Shown piece by piece: positions 13,667 to 26,464 of a DNA stretch of 60,000 bases (within the stretch, counting starts at the first letter, position 1; every line of letters begins with the position of its first letter). Source of the stretch: Malacoraja senta (Eukaryota); the NCBI GenBank assembly GCA_038087875.1, contig CM075991.1, positions 6,636,001 to 6,696,000 on the forward strand, written 5' to 3'. The notes below the pieces were generated by a model. The model had not been told where the DNA came from. It worked only from the letters and a program-made list of their open reading frames with translations, and ran no database searches. Both the position numbers and the translations under genes were made by a program.

Positions 13667-15062
13667 CATCTATTACTTGCCAGGCTTTGTCCTACCCTAC
13701 CTCTCTTCCAGGTTTCTTTAACCCCCCACCCCCCACGTCAGTCTGAAGAAGGGTCCCGAACCGAAACGTCACCTATCCACTTTCTCCAGAGTTGCTACCT
13801 GACCTGCAGTTACCCAGCACTTTGTATTTTGTAAACTACCATTTGTAGTTCCTTGTTTCTACACTAACCTCAGTCACCTGACAAAATTGTGTCTGAACTG
13901 TCATCATTTAAAACAAAAACAATTATCATGTCAATATCTATTTGTGGAATGCACGAGTGTACAGATTGTAATATTTACTTTATTGCAGTGACTACATTGC
14001 AACAGTACTTAATTGGCCTCTGATACATGTTGAAAGCTTCTACATAACTGCTTGTGCAGGAAGAAACTGCAGATGCTGGTTTATACCAAAGATAGAGACA
14101 AAATGGGTCCATGGGTCAGGCATCATCTCTGGAGAAAATAATAGGTGACGTTTTGGGTCGAGGCCCTTCTTCAGCTTTTTACACTTCATCCCATCCTGGA
14201 TTTCCTCATTGTTAAGCATCTCCAATCCTGGACACATCCTGATAAATCCCTTCTCCAATCCAGTGCAATCACATCTTTCCTGTAAGGTGGTGATCAGAAC
14301 TGAACCCGGCCCAACATGCTGAGTGGCCTGACGAGTGTTGCAGGCAGTTAGTTGTAAATGAGACACATATCCAGAAAGAACCAACTGCAGCACTTGATAA
14401 AAATGCATTGTAAATTTCTGCATGCAATAAGGAATACAATTGTCCTGCTGAATGGTGGCCCCCACCCCCGTCCCTCCCTCCCTCATAGCCGAGCCCGGAG
14501 ATGGCACATCTGTACCAAGAGGATCGCTCGGTCTAAGTAAAATGATGCATGCAATAAGGAATACAATCATCCTGCATGATTGTATGGTGGCTCCTTCTTC
14601 CTCCCCATCCCTCCACACCCCTCCTTCGCCCTCCACACCACTCCTTCGCCCTCCACACCCCTCCTTTGCCCTCCCCACTACCCCTCCTTCCCTACTACCC
14701 CTCGCCCACCCTCGACTGTCCCCTGTGAGGCGGTCGAGTTGCTGTCTCTGACCATGGCCGGTCTGGAGACGGTCTCCCCCCTCCCCCCTCATAGCCGAGC
14801 CCGGAGCCTGAGCCATGGGTGCGGGGAGCCCAAGAGGATCATAAGTGATGGGAGCAGAACTAGGTAATTCGGCCCATCTTCGGAAGTCTACTCCGCCATT
14901 CACATCATGGCTGATCTATCTATCCCTCCCTCCCGACCCCATTCTCCTGCTTCTCCCCTCCTAACCCCTGACAGTCACCCGCTCAGGATCGCTCGGTCGA
15001 TCTCTGTCAGACGATTGATTAGTCAACCAGTTAGTCGGCCGCAGCAGGGCCGCGCCACTCAC

Positions 15063-15069
15063 CACACAT
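15063..15069 (-). CDS. GFPT1: GFPT1 (glutamine--fructose-6-phosphate transaminase 1) coding exon 1: ATG TGT G (Met-Cys-G/ly)
   Basis: The minus strand reads GAGG ATG TGT G|GTGAGT: a good start context, the catalytic N-terminal Cys and a perfect donor, as in vertebrate GFPT exon 1. It lies in a CpG island downstream of NFU1, as in human. Exon 2 was not found in 1-15000, so it is presumably left of the window. Confidence 0.8.
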
Positions 15070-15077
15070 CCTCGCCG

Positions 15078-15102
15078 CTCTCTCTCTCTCTCTCTCTCTC
15101 TC
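15078..15102. repeat. (CT)n microsatellite in the GFPT1 5' UTR
   Basis: Pure CT dinucleotide run just upstream of the ATG. Confidence 0.9.
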
Positions 15103-16441
15103 CTCAGCGCACACTCGACGACGACGCTGCCGTCGCAACCGCCTCCCCTCCTCCCGCCTCCTCCCCTCGTCCCGCCCCCTTCCCCACCTCCCATTGGTCG
15201 CGCCCCCCTCACAACGTCACCGTTGCCTGCCTCAGCGCGACGGCCCATTGGTCCGCGCCGCCGTCGCTCCAACGAGGGAGGAGGAGCCACAACGTCCGCC
15301 CCAACCCCTCCTCCCGGTGGGCTGCGCTTCCCTTTGATTGACGTCTCGGCTGGAGACGTGGCACCAGGATGTCCTGGGTGACGGGGAAGGCATTGCACCA
15401 CCAGCACTGGCTTCATCAAGCATGCAAATACTCCATGTGAAAAAAAGCCACCCATTCCTTCTCTCCAGAGATGCTGCCTGTCCCTTTGAGTTTATAGAGT
15501 GATACAGTGTGGAAACAGGCCCTTCGGCCCAACTTGTCCACACCAGGTAACATGTCCCAGCTGCACTAGTCCCACCTGCCCTCATTTGGTCCATATCCCT
15601 CCAAACCAGTCAATAGACAATAGGTGCAGGAGTAGGCCATTCGGCCCTTCGAACCAGTCCTATCCATGTACCTGTCTAACTGTTTCTTAAATGTTGTGAT
15701 AGTCCTGCCTCAAATACCTCCTCTGGCAGCTTGCTCCATACAACAACCACCCTTTGTGTGAGAAAGTTACCCCTCAGATTCCAATTAAATCTTTCCCCCT
15801 TCTTCTTAAACCTATGTCTTCTGGTCCTCGATCCCCCTAATCTGGGCACAAGACTCTGTGCATCTACTCAATCTATCCCTCTCAGTTACTCTAGCATTTT
15901 GTGTCTATCTTCGGTGTATAACCAGCATCTGCTGTTCCTTCCTACAATGTAAAAAACAATGCTTTGGGAAGTGGAGGCTCTTTGATACTCTTGCCCAGGG
16001 TAGGAGAATCCAGAAGGCATAGGTTTAATGTGTAGGAAGGAACTACAGATGTTGGTTTACACCAAAGATAGACACAAAATGCTGGAGTAACTGAGCATCT
16101 CTGGAGAAAGGAATGGGTGATGTTTTGTGTCGAGACCTTTCTTCACACTGAGAGTCAGGGGAGGGGGAGAATACTGATATGGTAGGGTAAGGTGTGAAAA
16201 CGACTGCTTTCACTGTCCTCCCGATTCATCGTCTGCTTTGATCTGTCGATCAGTCATCCCTTTGCTGCACTGTGCCAGATTCATAATGTATAAGAAAATA
16301 AACCTAATGCAATAAGGAATCATCAATGCTGAGCCAAAGCCCGTCAAGCAGCTAATACTTACTGTAGATATGGCCACAATGGGGTCCACTCGTTCCCCAA
16401 TGTTGAGGCCAAACAACATCACCCACCTTTAACATTACTTT

Positions 16442-16546
16442 CTCCGGAGTTTCAGTCTGAAGAAGGGTTTCGGCCCGAAACGTTACCCATTTCCTTCGCT
16501 CCATAGATGCTGCTGCACCCGCTGAGTTTCTCCAGCATTTTTGTGT
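16442..16546 (+). repeat. Hammerhead-motif repeat, single arm with 17-bp flanking direct repeat
   Basis: CTGAAGA-A-GGGT-TTCG-GCCC-GAAA-CGTT at 16457-16484. It is flanked by ACCTTTAACATTACTTT at 16425-16441 and 16547-16563. Confidence 0.8.
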
Positions 16547-18142
16547 ACCTTTAACATTACTTTGCTGTTCTACATAATTAGGCTGGATTTAATTATTTTA
16601 GTAATGCAAATTACTAACATCCAGATTTAAATGGAGACACCAGAAACTGCAGATGCTGGAATCTTGAACAAAACACAAAATGCTAAAGGAACAAATACAA
16701 CAGGTCAGTCAGCATTTGTGGAGGGAATGGTGGAGAGACGATGTTTCAGGTCAGTCTGAAGTGTCCCGAACCAAAACATCTTCTGTCCATTCCATTCACA
16801 GATGCTTCCTGACCTGCTGAGTTCCTCCAGCACGTTGTGATTCGGCGCAGATTTAAATCTTTTTACTGGGAAGAAATGCCCAACAATCAGATGCCCAGTG
16901 ATATCAAAAGAGTTTAAACAAAGAGGGAGCAGCAGACCTAAGGGTTTAAAAGGAATAGGAACAGAGGCTTAAAAAGCAGGCGGCAGACAGGACTGAGAGC
17001 AGGAGCTTGGGATGGACAGGAGTGAGAGTAGGAGTCAGGGAGAGCAAAGATGTATTCAGACCCTGATAGGTGGCAGCAGACTATTTGTACATCTAAGAAT
17101 TGCAAACTAACAATAATTAAATCCAGACTGGGCCTATATTTCCCTGCTCCTTTAAATCTCTCGGAAATTCTGCTTCTTTTACTCTCAGTGTCTCTGCTTA
17201 TGCTCTTGAGTCAGACATAGAGGGAAAGTGACGGGGAAAAAAATCACAACAATCTAAAGGAGTGCCATTCCAACACATGCAATCTGCAGATTCCGTCACA
17301 GTCTATCTGTACAGATATAAAAGCTAAGTTGGGGGATATTTGACATAGAACTTTTCACCCTGACAGAGAACCAGAGGTTTCTGTTCTGGAGAAGTAGAAA
17401 CAAGGAACTGTAGATGCTGGTCCAGAAAAGGTACAGAGTGCTGGAGTAGCTCAGCGGGTCAGGCAGCATTTCAGGAGAACATGGATAGATGATGGTTTGG
17501 GTCCGGACCCTTCTTCAGGCACAGGAGTGCCATTCCAACACATTCATAGCTAAGTTTCCATTCTGGGTTGGGCAGTTAGAAATATCTGCTGTGAACCGGC
17601 CCTGTTGAGTTCCCTTCCCCCCCCCCCCCCCCCCATGAACTGTCTCCCTCGGATGGTCACGTCGCACATCGACCCAGCACAGACCTATTTGCACTTTATA
17701 CTGTTTTACTGGGGTTTTTTAAATCTTGTTTCTCTGGGTGTCTAAAATGTTTAGTTTAAAAAATATATATATATATTTATTAGAAGTACATTACATTACA
17801 ACCACATACATTAGTACTCGTCACTTATGTCTTCTTACAATTAATGTACTCCATTTGTTTTTTACAGTAGTAAAAGGAAAGGATAAGATTGAAAGAAAGA
17901 AGAAAGTGAAGGAAAAAGTGAGAGTGTAGAAAATGTGAACAAAAAAGAACGAAGACCCTATAGGAACAAAATTAAAAACAAAAGAAAAAGAGTTAAGAAA
18001 TAGACCCTAGAAAAGAAGGAGAAAGAGAAAGAGGAAAGAGAAACAAATATTTTTAATGAGCATTACGCAAATGGGACATACCAACTCTTCAACTATCATC
18101 CCCCATTACCTGACCTCAATTTTTTTAAGGTACCTTTGCACC

Positions 18143-21100
18143 CTATATTTGTAATAATTCTATAATTGCAGACAACGTCAGGTGGAAGTGATCTGGTTTA
18201 CCTGCCAGGAGGAGTCTTATCTCTTCTAGGTGTAATGTTTCGAACATATTTGAAATCCACATGTTTATAGTTGATATTGGAGCCTTCTTCCAAAATTTTA
18301 GGATTTGCTTTTTTCCAGTTATTACCCCATAGTCTATTAGTTTCTTTTGAAACACATTTAGTTCTGGACCATCTTCCGTTATTCTGAAGATAATCCATTC
18401 TGCTTTGGGTATCAGTTTTATTTTAAATAATTTTGTAAAGATTTCGAAAATTTCATTCCAAAACTTTTGAATTTTTGTACAGAAAACAAATGAGTGCGCT
18501 ATAGTAGCTTCTTGGGATTGACATTTATCACAAATAGATGATACATTTGGGAAAATCTTATGGATTTTAGTTTTGGAATAATATAATCTATGTAAAATTT
18601 TAAATTGTATTAAAGTGTGTCTTACATTAATCGAACATTTATGCACGTTTAATAAGTGTTCATTACAACTTTCCTTTGAAATTTTAATAGCTAACTCTTG
18701 TTCCCAGTCTCTTCTGATACCCTCCGTAGATGGTATTTCTACATTTAAGATAATATTATACAAATATGATATTAAGTTTGCTGATTCAGCTTTTATCTGC
18801 ATTGCCTCATCCAATACATCAGCTGGGTTATTATAATGATCTTTTGTATATTTTTTCAAATAGTCGCATATTTGAAAATATTTAAAATATTGATTATTTC
18901 CGAGTTTATATTTTATTTGTAATTGTTGAAATGAATGTAATTTTCCAGTTTCATACAAGTCACCGAACGTTTTAATTCCTAGTCTATCCCAATGTGTAAA
19001 AGCTTTATCTATAATAGAGGGATTAAACGAAGGGTTATTAACTATGGGTAATAAAAGTGATAAATTTCTTAATTTTAAATTTTGTTTTATTTGTTTCCAA
19101 ATTCGGATTGTGCTATGAATAATTGGGTTCTTATTATAATTTATATTATTCAGTTTCATTGGAGAGAGGAGGATCGCTCCAATGTTTCCAGAGGAGCAAT
19201 CCTCTTTCTCCATTACAATCCAGTCCACTTGCTGGGCGGAGTTATCCATCAGTTGAATCATATTTTTAATATTTACTGACCAATAATAATACATAAAATT
19301 AGGTAGTGCTAAACCCCCTAATACTTTAGGTTTATTCAGGTGAGTTTTTTGTATTCTATGTGATTTATAGTCCCATATAAAATTAGTGATATCTGAGTCG
19401 AGTTTATTAAAAAAATTCTTTGGTAAGTATATAGGAATCGATTGAAATAGGTATAAAATTTGTGGTAGAAAGATCATTTTTATTGCATTTATTCGGCCTA
19501 TTAAAGACATCGGGAGCGTTTTCCAGAATTTAATTAGTGTGTTTAATTTATTAAGTAGGGGATCAAAATTTGCCTTAAACATACCTTGATATGTTCTAGT
19601 AATTTCGATTCCCAAGTATTTAAATTTTTCTGTAGCTATTTTAAAAGGGAATTTTAAAAGATGTGTTGAATCTTTTGGTTTTATTGACATAATTTCACTT
19701 TTATTCCAATTTATTCTATATCCAGAAAAAGATCCAAAGTCTTCAATTAAATTTAATATATTTGGTATAGTGATTTGAGGTTTTGTAATGTACAGTAATA
19801 TATCATCCGCGTATAAAGATATTTTATTATATGAATCTTTAGTATTATATCCATGGATATCAGGGTGTATTCTAATTTTTTCTGCTAGCGGTTCAATAAT
19901 GAGAGCAAACAGCTGTGGTGATAATGAGCATCCTTGTCTATTTCCCCTTGATAGTTGGAATTTCGAGGATAATATGTTATTAGTTAATATTCTAGCTGTA
20001 GGTTTATTATATAGTAATTTGATCCATAGAATAAAATTCTCTCCCAGTTGGAATTTTTGTAATACTTTATCCATATAATTCCATTCTACTTGGTCAAATG
20101 CTTTTTCAGCATCCAGCGAAATAATTGATAATTCTTGATCTTCAGATTTGTGTGAGTGCATTATGTTGAGTAAACGTCTCATATTGTTAGATGAGTATCT
20201 CTTAGGGATAAACCCCGTCTGATCTGGGTTTATTAATTTACTAATGTATTTACTTAATCTTCTAGCTAATGTTTTTGCTAATATTTTTTGATCTGTGCTT
20301 AACAATGCTATAGCTCTATATGAACCCGGTTCTTCTAAATCTTTGTCTTTCTTAAGTATTAGTGTAATCGTTGATTCCGCTAATGTATCAGGTAGTATTT
20401 GTTTTTTAAAAGCATATTGGTACATTTTTTGTAATCTTGGTATTATTTTATCATAAAAGCTTTTATAAAATTCACTAGTAAATCCATCAGGACCTGGTGT
20501 TTTTCCATTCTTTAGTGAGTTTATTGTATCTTCTAATTCCTTAATTGAAATTTGTGCACCCAATTCCTCTTGTTCCTTCAGCTCTAACTTTGGAAGATTA
20601 CAATTATCCAAAAACTTTGTGATATTATTGGAATCAATTGTCGTTTTAGATGTATACAAATTCTCCTAAAATTGCGCAAATCTTTTATTAATATCCTTCG
20701 GTGTTGTTAATAATTCCCCTTTATCTGATTTAATCTTTGGGATAGTATGTTCCTTTTCTCGTTTTTTTAGCTGGCGAGCCAAAAGTTTATGCGGTTTATC
20801 CCCAAATTCAAAGTGCTCTTGTTTTGTAATTTGAAAAAGTCTTATAAGTTTGGCAGATAATAATTTATTTAATTTAAATTTCAAAATTATTATTTTATTA
20901 TGTTTATCTATTGATGGATCTTTAGCATTATCTATATCCATTTGTCTAATAAGTTCTTCTAACTGTCTTTGTTCATTCTTATTATTTTTATTTTGAAAAG
21001 CTTGATATGAAATTATAATACCCCTAATGTATGCTTTAAAAGATTCCCATAATACAGTAGACGATATATCTGGAGTATCATTTATTTGAAAAAAGGCATC

Positions 21101-21927
21101 CATTTGTTCTTTTAAATATATACTCGCTTGTGGATCATTTAGAATTTGAGAATTAAATCTCCAAAACGATTTATTCTTAAACATTCCTTCCAGTTTTAAA
21201 AAGAAAGTTAGTGGAGAATGGTCTGAAATCGAATTTGTATGGTATGTTGGGTTAAATGTTTGAGGGATTAATTTTGTATCCAGCAGGAAGTAATCTATAC
21301 GTGAGTATGTCTTATGTACCATTGAATAAAACGAGTATTCCCTGCCAGTTGGATTAACAATTCTCCAAACATCTGCTATATTAGTATTGTTTATATAAGT
21401 ATTGAGAAGTTCCCCGGTTTTCGATTTCATATTCCCTCTGTTTTTGGCTTGATTTATCTAAGTACGGATCTAAAACACAGTTAAAGTCTCCTCCTATTAT
21501 AACATTTTGATAGTTAAACTCTGCAATTATGTTGAAAATTTTATTGAAAAAGTGGGGGTTGTCAAAGTTAGGGGCATATATATTTACCAAAATAAGTGGA
21601 GTATCATGAATTTCTCCATTAACTATTAAGTATCTCCCTTCTATATCTGTTATGATATTCTTTGCTTTAAATGGTATACCTTTTCTTATGATTGACGTGC
21701 CTCTAGATTTCGAAGTGAATGAAGAATGGTATGTTTGACCTATCCATTTCGCCCTCAACCTAGCTTGATCCTGAGATTTTAAGTGTGTTTCTTGTAAGAA
21801 GATAATGTCAGAGTTGTAGTTTCAGCAGAGCTAGTATCTTACCCCTTTTAATAGGTTCGTTAATACCTCTTATATTCCAACTACAAAATGAGATTCCTCC
21901 TAGGTTCTTTTGTTTAGTATCATGCAT
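18143..21927 (-). pseudogene. L1 ORF2p (APE endonuclease, reverse transcriptase, C-terminal Cys/His motif), disrupted
   Basis: Starts MHDTKQKNLGGISFCSWNIRG and contains IFLQETHL, NIYAPN, GGDFN, SRIDYF, SDHSP, PGPDGF, SLDAEKAFD, RQGCSLSP, LYADD and CDKC...H...C. There are frameshifts near 21825 and 21435 and an in-frame TAG at 20666-20668. Confidence 0.92.
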
Positions 21928-22766
21928 TTTGAATAATTATAGTACCTTTAAATCTTGTGGTGCATCTATATCCCAGGTCTTTAGGTATTGGGGGAACTTT
22001 TGAATTTTTAAGTTTTGTTGGTATATCCATTTTACGCTTATCACTAAACACAAAACACAAACATGTGAGTTTATGTGGTAATAAAAAAAAACTAAAAAAG
22101 TGAAAATACAGTGTCTAATATAGTCGGCACTGTAGCGAGTGTCCCACCTGTAGGTGGGAAAAAACCTTGTTTCGACTTCCATTGTGATGTTAAACAAATA
22201 GCTGCGCTCTCTTGGTTGATCATAACATATTAAAATATTAAAACGGGGCCTCACATTCAGATATATAATACAATTTTACCCTATATATTTCATTATAACA
22301 TATCATATTTATATCGCAATTTTAACTACTAATTATTAAACCGATACTTTTGACTTAAATAAGAATCAACTGTTGGTTGAAGGGGTTAACGAGACGTGCC
22401 CCTGGACCTAAGCCAGGTGCTCGTTTCTCATCCCCTCCTCCCACTTATAGATAAGGTTTCAATTTATTAAAAATTCATATTAGTATGTTAGTTCGTTATT
22501 TTTTATTTTTATTTTTCTTAGTATTCTAATCTAACATGAATAACTTATTAAGTTATTAATAGGATAAATTCTTACAATTGGTTTTAATATTATAATCTAA
22601 TAAACAAGTAAATGCTTCTGGTATATACCATTCCCGTCTGTTCAGCTGTTTACTCATTTTGAACAGAAAGTGTCCTTGATTCAACATTCCAAAGATAACA
22701 GTCTAGCTATCCCCAGACAAAGCATTGCTTAGAATGGTTCAGTTCTGCCATACCCCCATTTGATTT

Positions 22767-23861
22767 CTATTTTTCAACGATAGTTTGGGCATATTTGAAC
22801 GCGTCTTCAGGCTTAACAAATGACTTTTCAGAACCCTTGAAGGAAATACGCATTTTCGCTGGATAAAAAACTCCATATCTGATCCCTTCTTTCCCTCTTA
22901 AAAGATCCTTAACCTTCTCGAATTTGTTTCTTTTTTGCACAATTTCATACGGGTAGTCCCTGAATATCTTGATAGTGTCATTGTCCAGCCGCAGTTGCAC
23001 ACCGTGTTTGATTTTGCTCATAACATCTTCCAGTTCTAAAATATCCCAAAATTTCACAATAATATGTCGTGGATGAGTTTTTCCCGCACCAGATCTTTGT
23101 TTAAATCTTGGGACACGATGAGCCACTTCGATTTTCGGTTCTTTGGAAAGATTAAGCAGTTGTTTAAGCAAGCCCATGGCAAACTCACGCACATCCTCCC
23201 CCTCGGCTCCCTCTGAGACTCCAAGAATTCTCAAATTCTGACGTCTAGAGCGAGCTTCCAGGTCCAGGCATTTTTCTGAGACTTTTCCCAGTTGAATCAC
23301 CATCTGTAGTGAAGTTTGTTCATTTTCTTGCCTCATTTGCTCATGTTCTTGCCTCATTTTCGCCATGTCTTCAACCACTCGAGCCGTGTTTTTCTCCAAT
23401 TCCGTAATTGTGCGCATACTTGCAGCTACTGTTTCAAGCACAGCCGTGAACCTGTCCGTAGTAGTTTCATCCATCTTGTCCATTCTCTCCGATAGTCCAT
23501 CTTTCACATTCTCAATTCGTTTATTCATAATGTCCAGTGAATCAATCACCTTCTGATTGCCAGCATCCATAGCCTTCTGATTACCAGCATTTAAATCCTT
23601 CAACATCTTTTCCATTTTTTCCATCATATTTCCCATATTTTCCTTCATATTTTCCATCATAATTTTATTTTCATCCAAAATCTCATCTTTCATATTTTTC
23701 ACTGATTTCTTCAAGTCATCACACTCTTTCTTAGCTCTTGTATCCATTTCTGCAGCCACTTCAGAGACTTCAGAGGTAACTTCTCCTTCAGACTTCTTCT
23801 GGTCTCTCAGCAGCTTTTTCACTAATCTCTGAGGGCTCTCAGCTGGAGACAGTTTACTCAT
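22767..23861 (-). CDS. L1 ORF1p (coiled coil, RRM and CTD nucleic-acid chaperone), intact 364 aa
   Basis: Coiled-coil N-terminal half, then LEARSRRQNLRILGVSEG, IEVAHRV, PRHIIVKF, IFRDYP and YPAKMRI. Confidence 0.92.
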   Translation of the reverse strand: MSKLSPAESPQRLVKKLLRDQKKSEGEVTSEVSEVAAEMDTRAKKECDDLKKSVKNMKDEILDENKIMMENMKENMGNMMEKMEKMLKDLNAGNQKAMDAGNQKVIDSLDIMNKRIENVKDGLSERMDKMDETTTDRFTAVLETVAASMRTITELEKNTARVVEDMAKMRQEHEQMRQENEQTSLQMVIQLGKVSEKCLDLEARSRRQNLRILGVSEGAEGEDVREFAMGLLKQLLNLSKEPKIEVAHRVPRFKQRSGAGKTHPRHIIVKFWDILELEDVMSKIKHGVQLRLDNDTIKIFRDYPYEIVQKRNKFEKVKDLLRGKEGIRYGVFYPAKMRISFKGSEKSFVKPEDAFKYAQTIVEK

Positions 23862-24069
23862 TTAAAGGGCTTTAAACCACCGTTTAAAACATTGCGCTTA
23901 CTGATGACGTCATCCAACCGGCGACCAGAAGCTCCGGTAAGGTTTTTAAATCCAATCCCGATTTATGGACCCGTTTTACACGATAAATCGTGAAATTTTT
24001 CGGGAGAGGAGCTAGGTGCACGTCTGTTAGTCCAACATGGCGCCACCGGAAGTCCTAAAATGTTTAGTT

Positions 24070-24156
24070 AATTAAGTTATTACATCGGATGGAAGCTGCA
24101 TACCAAATCTCGTTGTACCTCTGTGCAATGACAATAAAAGATATTATTATTATTAT
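24070..24156 (+). mobile_element. Rex1/Babar-type LINE 3' tail interrupted by the L1 (other part at ~17585-17756)
   Basis: AAATCTCGTTGTACC..GCAATGACAATAAA plus (ATT)n resembles the tail of the Rex1/Babar copy at 36040. Confidence 0.55.
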
Positions 24157-25665
24157 ATCTGTCAAGATATTTCTGTCAAACAAGTCTATGAATGCAAAAT
24201 GTCAAGATTCTGTTGAGGACCCGATCTGTTTAAAGAGCTACTTCCTTGAAGTTCGTGGTTGTAGATCAATATGACTTGAAATGAAGACCAAAATGGCCCT
24301 GGGGATTTAATTAATTTTTAGAAGCATTTACTTTCCATTGCTATACCAGCTTCTTAAATGTGCATCCCATCTCCGTTCTGATCCAAAGATTTGCTGTTTT
24401 AAGAGTTTAACATCTGCAAATTTGAAAAAGTCAACTAATTATTTGTTAATACCCTCCAATTATTTTTAAAACATGTTTCAACTTCTTGTCACCCCAGGTC
24501 CCAGGATTATTCTGATGTGCGATAATGGAGTGATATCATTCCAGTGCAGGGTGTGGTGCAGTCACCATAGCATTTATGATTGGGTCCATGCGGAGCTATG
24601 CCAAGGAGGTATTAAGTTCACTGACAGACAAAAGCAAGTTGTCTCTAATGCCTCAGATTGCAACAATTGAAATGTACAGTAAGTCAGCAGGATACCAACA
24701 TCATAAAGTGTTCAGATCATTTCTCTAAACCAGACAACTATGACCCAAATGAAACAATGATTGTTTGTTGCCTATTACTGACCTTCAACACTGCTATCGC
24801 TTCCCAACTGATAGTTCAATTGGAATTTTACAGACTTGGTATACCATGCCACTTCAGTGCCAGGTATCAGCCCAAGTGGGTTTAAAATCACAAGCAGGGC
24901 ATGTGGAACGGAAGGACGTTGCATGTATTTGCACCAATTTACTGTGATGCTAGCACAGATTTAAACACAATTTTCTTTGCAATGTAGTGAAAATAAATAG
25001 ACTAGCGATCATGGATTTAATAAAAATCACATGGCAAAATTCATAATCAGTGATCAGAAAATCAAGCAATTTATGCTAAATTGTGATATCAGTCGTAACA
25101 GTTATTTCGGATGGAAACAGCCATTTTGGCCCAAATCATCCAAGATGTCTATATGTGCTTGTCTCATTAGCTTGTGTTTGCCCCATCTCTCTCTAAACAT
25201 TTTCTATTGCACCTGTTCAAATGTCTTGTAAAAAGCATTGTAATTGTATCCATCTCAACAGCTTTCCCTGCTAACTTGTTCCATATACTGGCAACTGTGA
25301 GAGTGTGGAAAAGTTGCTGCTCAGAGAGTGTGGAAAAGTTGCTTATATTTTTCCCCTCTCATCTTAAATCTAAGCCCCCGAGTTTAAGACCCCTCTACCC
25401 TGGGGGGGAAAAAACTCGGCCATCCAACTTATCTACACTGCTCTTGAATTTATCTATTTTTGTAAGGTCACCCCTCAACCTTCTACACTCCAGTGAAAAA
25501 AGCCCCAGCCTATCCTGCCTTTCCTTATAACTCCCTCCAATCCCAGTAACATCCTTGTGGGTCTTTTCTAGCTTAATGTTATCCTTCCTACAGATCGGCA
25601 TCAGAAGCACACAAAATATTCCAACAACCTCTTTAGCGGCAACTATCAGTAAATGATTCTTGCTT

Positions 25666-25878
25666 AAGATAGACACAAAATGCTGGCGTAACTCAGCGGG
25701 ACAGAAGGAATGGGTGACCTTTCGGGTCAAGGCCCTTCTGCAGACTGAAGAAGGATCTCAACCCGAAACGTCACCCATTCCTTCTCTCCAGAGATGCTGC
25801 CTGTCCTGCTGAGTTACTCCAGCATTTTGTGTCTATCTTCGGTGTAAACCAGCATCTGCAGTTCCTTCCAACACAAGA
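25666..25878. repeat. Palindromic hammerhead-motif repeat
   Basis: Inverted arms around ~25744. It is flanked by ATTCTTGCTT at 25656-25665 and 25879-25888. Confidence 0.75.
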
Positions 25879-26318
25879 ATTCTTGCTTCATTGACTAATC
25901 TAAATTTAAATCCAATTTACTCCACCCAAGTTAAACATCTAATTTATGTTTCCGACCTTGTGATTGGACTTTTCTTCCACGCCCATCTCTTTTGTCATTT
26001 AATATTCCATTCCTGTTTTGCAAGGAGCTTTGTATAAAGTAAATTGTTGCATAGCTGCTCAAAGACATATCATCCCAACCACTAAGATACAATGATTTCT
26101 GAACACTTGAGGATGCAGGGGTAGGGGGAAATTGCCCAGGTTCAGCCGTGGCCTTATTCAACAGCGGAGCAGATACAAGGTCCACATAGCTTACTCCTGA
26201 AAGGCAGGAATGGAGGGTAGAAAATGGAAGTCTGAAAACTGCTATACAAAAGGTTGCATATCCCATCCGTTTGAAATCAAAAGATCGGGATCAAACCCCA
26301 CCTCGGAGCTTAATATTC

Positions 26319-26324
26319 TTTATT
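26319..26324 (-). terminator. NFU1: Candidate NFU1 polyadenylation signal AATAAA
   Basis: TTTATT on the plus strand, ~140 nt past the NFU1 stop codon. Confidence 0.55.
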
Positions 26325-26464
26325 GCAAAATATATTACCAAACAGTTTTGTAACACATTGTTTCATCATTTGTTAAGGTGCACATGGAGGAAAACAGTCA
26401 GTCACTTTACCGGAGTGCTACGACCACGTAATCAGGTCAATGTTTGGACTTAGTCAGAAGCAGT

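Larger units (their letters stand above)
14900..15400 (-). promoter_or_regulatory. GFPT1: CpG-island promoter and first exon region of GFPT1
   Basis: Strong local CpG/GC enrichment. Two CCAAT boxes in the context GACCAATGGG on the minus strand (ATTGG at 15193-15197 and 15247-15251), GC boxes (CCCGCCCC), TGACGT at 15339 and GACGTGGCA at 15355. Confidence 0.8.
17757..24054 (-). mobile_element. Full-length L1-clade LINE (~6.3 kb)
   Basis: 15-bp TSD CTAAAATGTTTAGTT at 17742-17756 and 24055-24069. The 5' end reads GACTTCCGGTGGCGCCATGTT. ORF1, spacer, ORF2 and 3' UTR with AATAAA (17776-17781, minus) are all present. Confidence 0.95.

Noticed and set aside
14040..15455. Long ORFs (287, 144 and 164 aa) around the CpG island
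   Set aside because: Low-complexity GC-rich frames running through repeat fragments, with no recognisable protein.
17258..17543. 21-bp direct repeat AGGAGTGCCATTCCAACACAT
   Set aside because: Only two copies, around a repeat arm. It is a local duplication, not an array or CRISPR.
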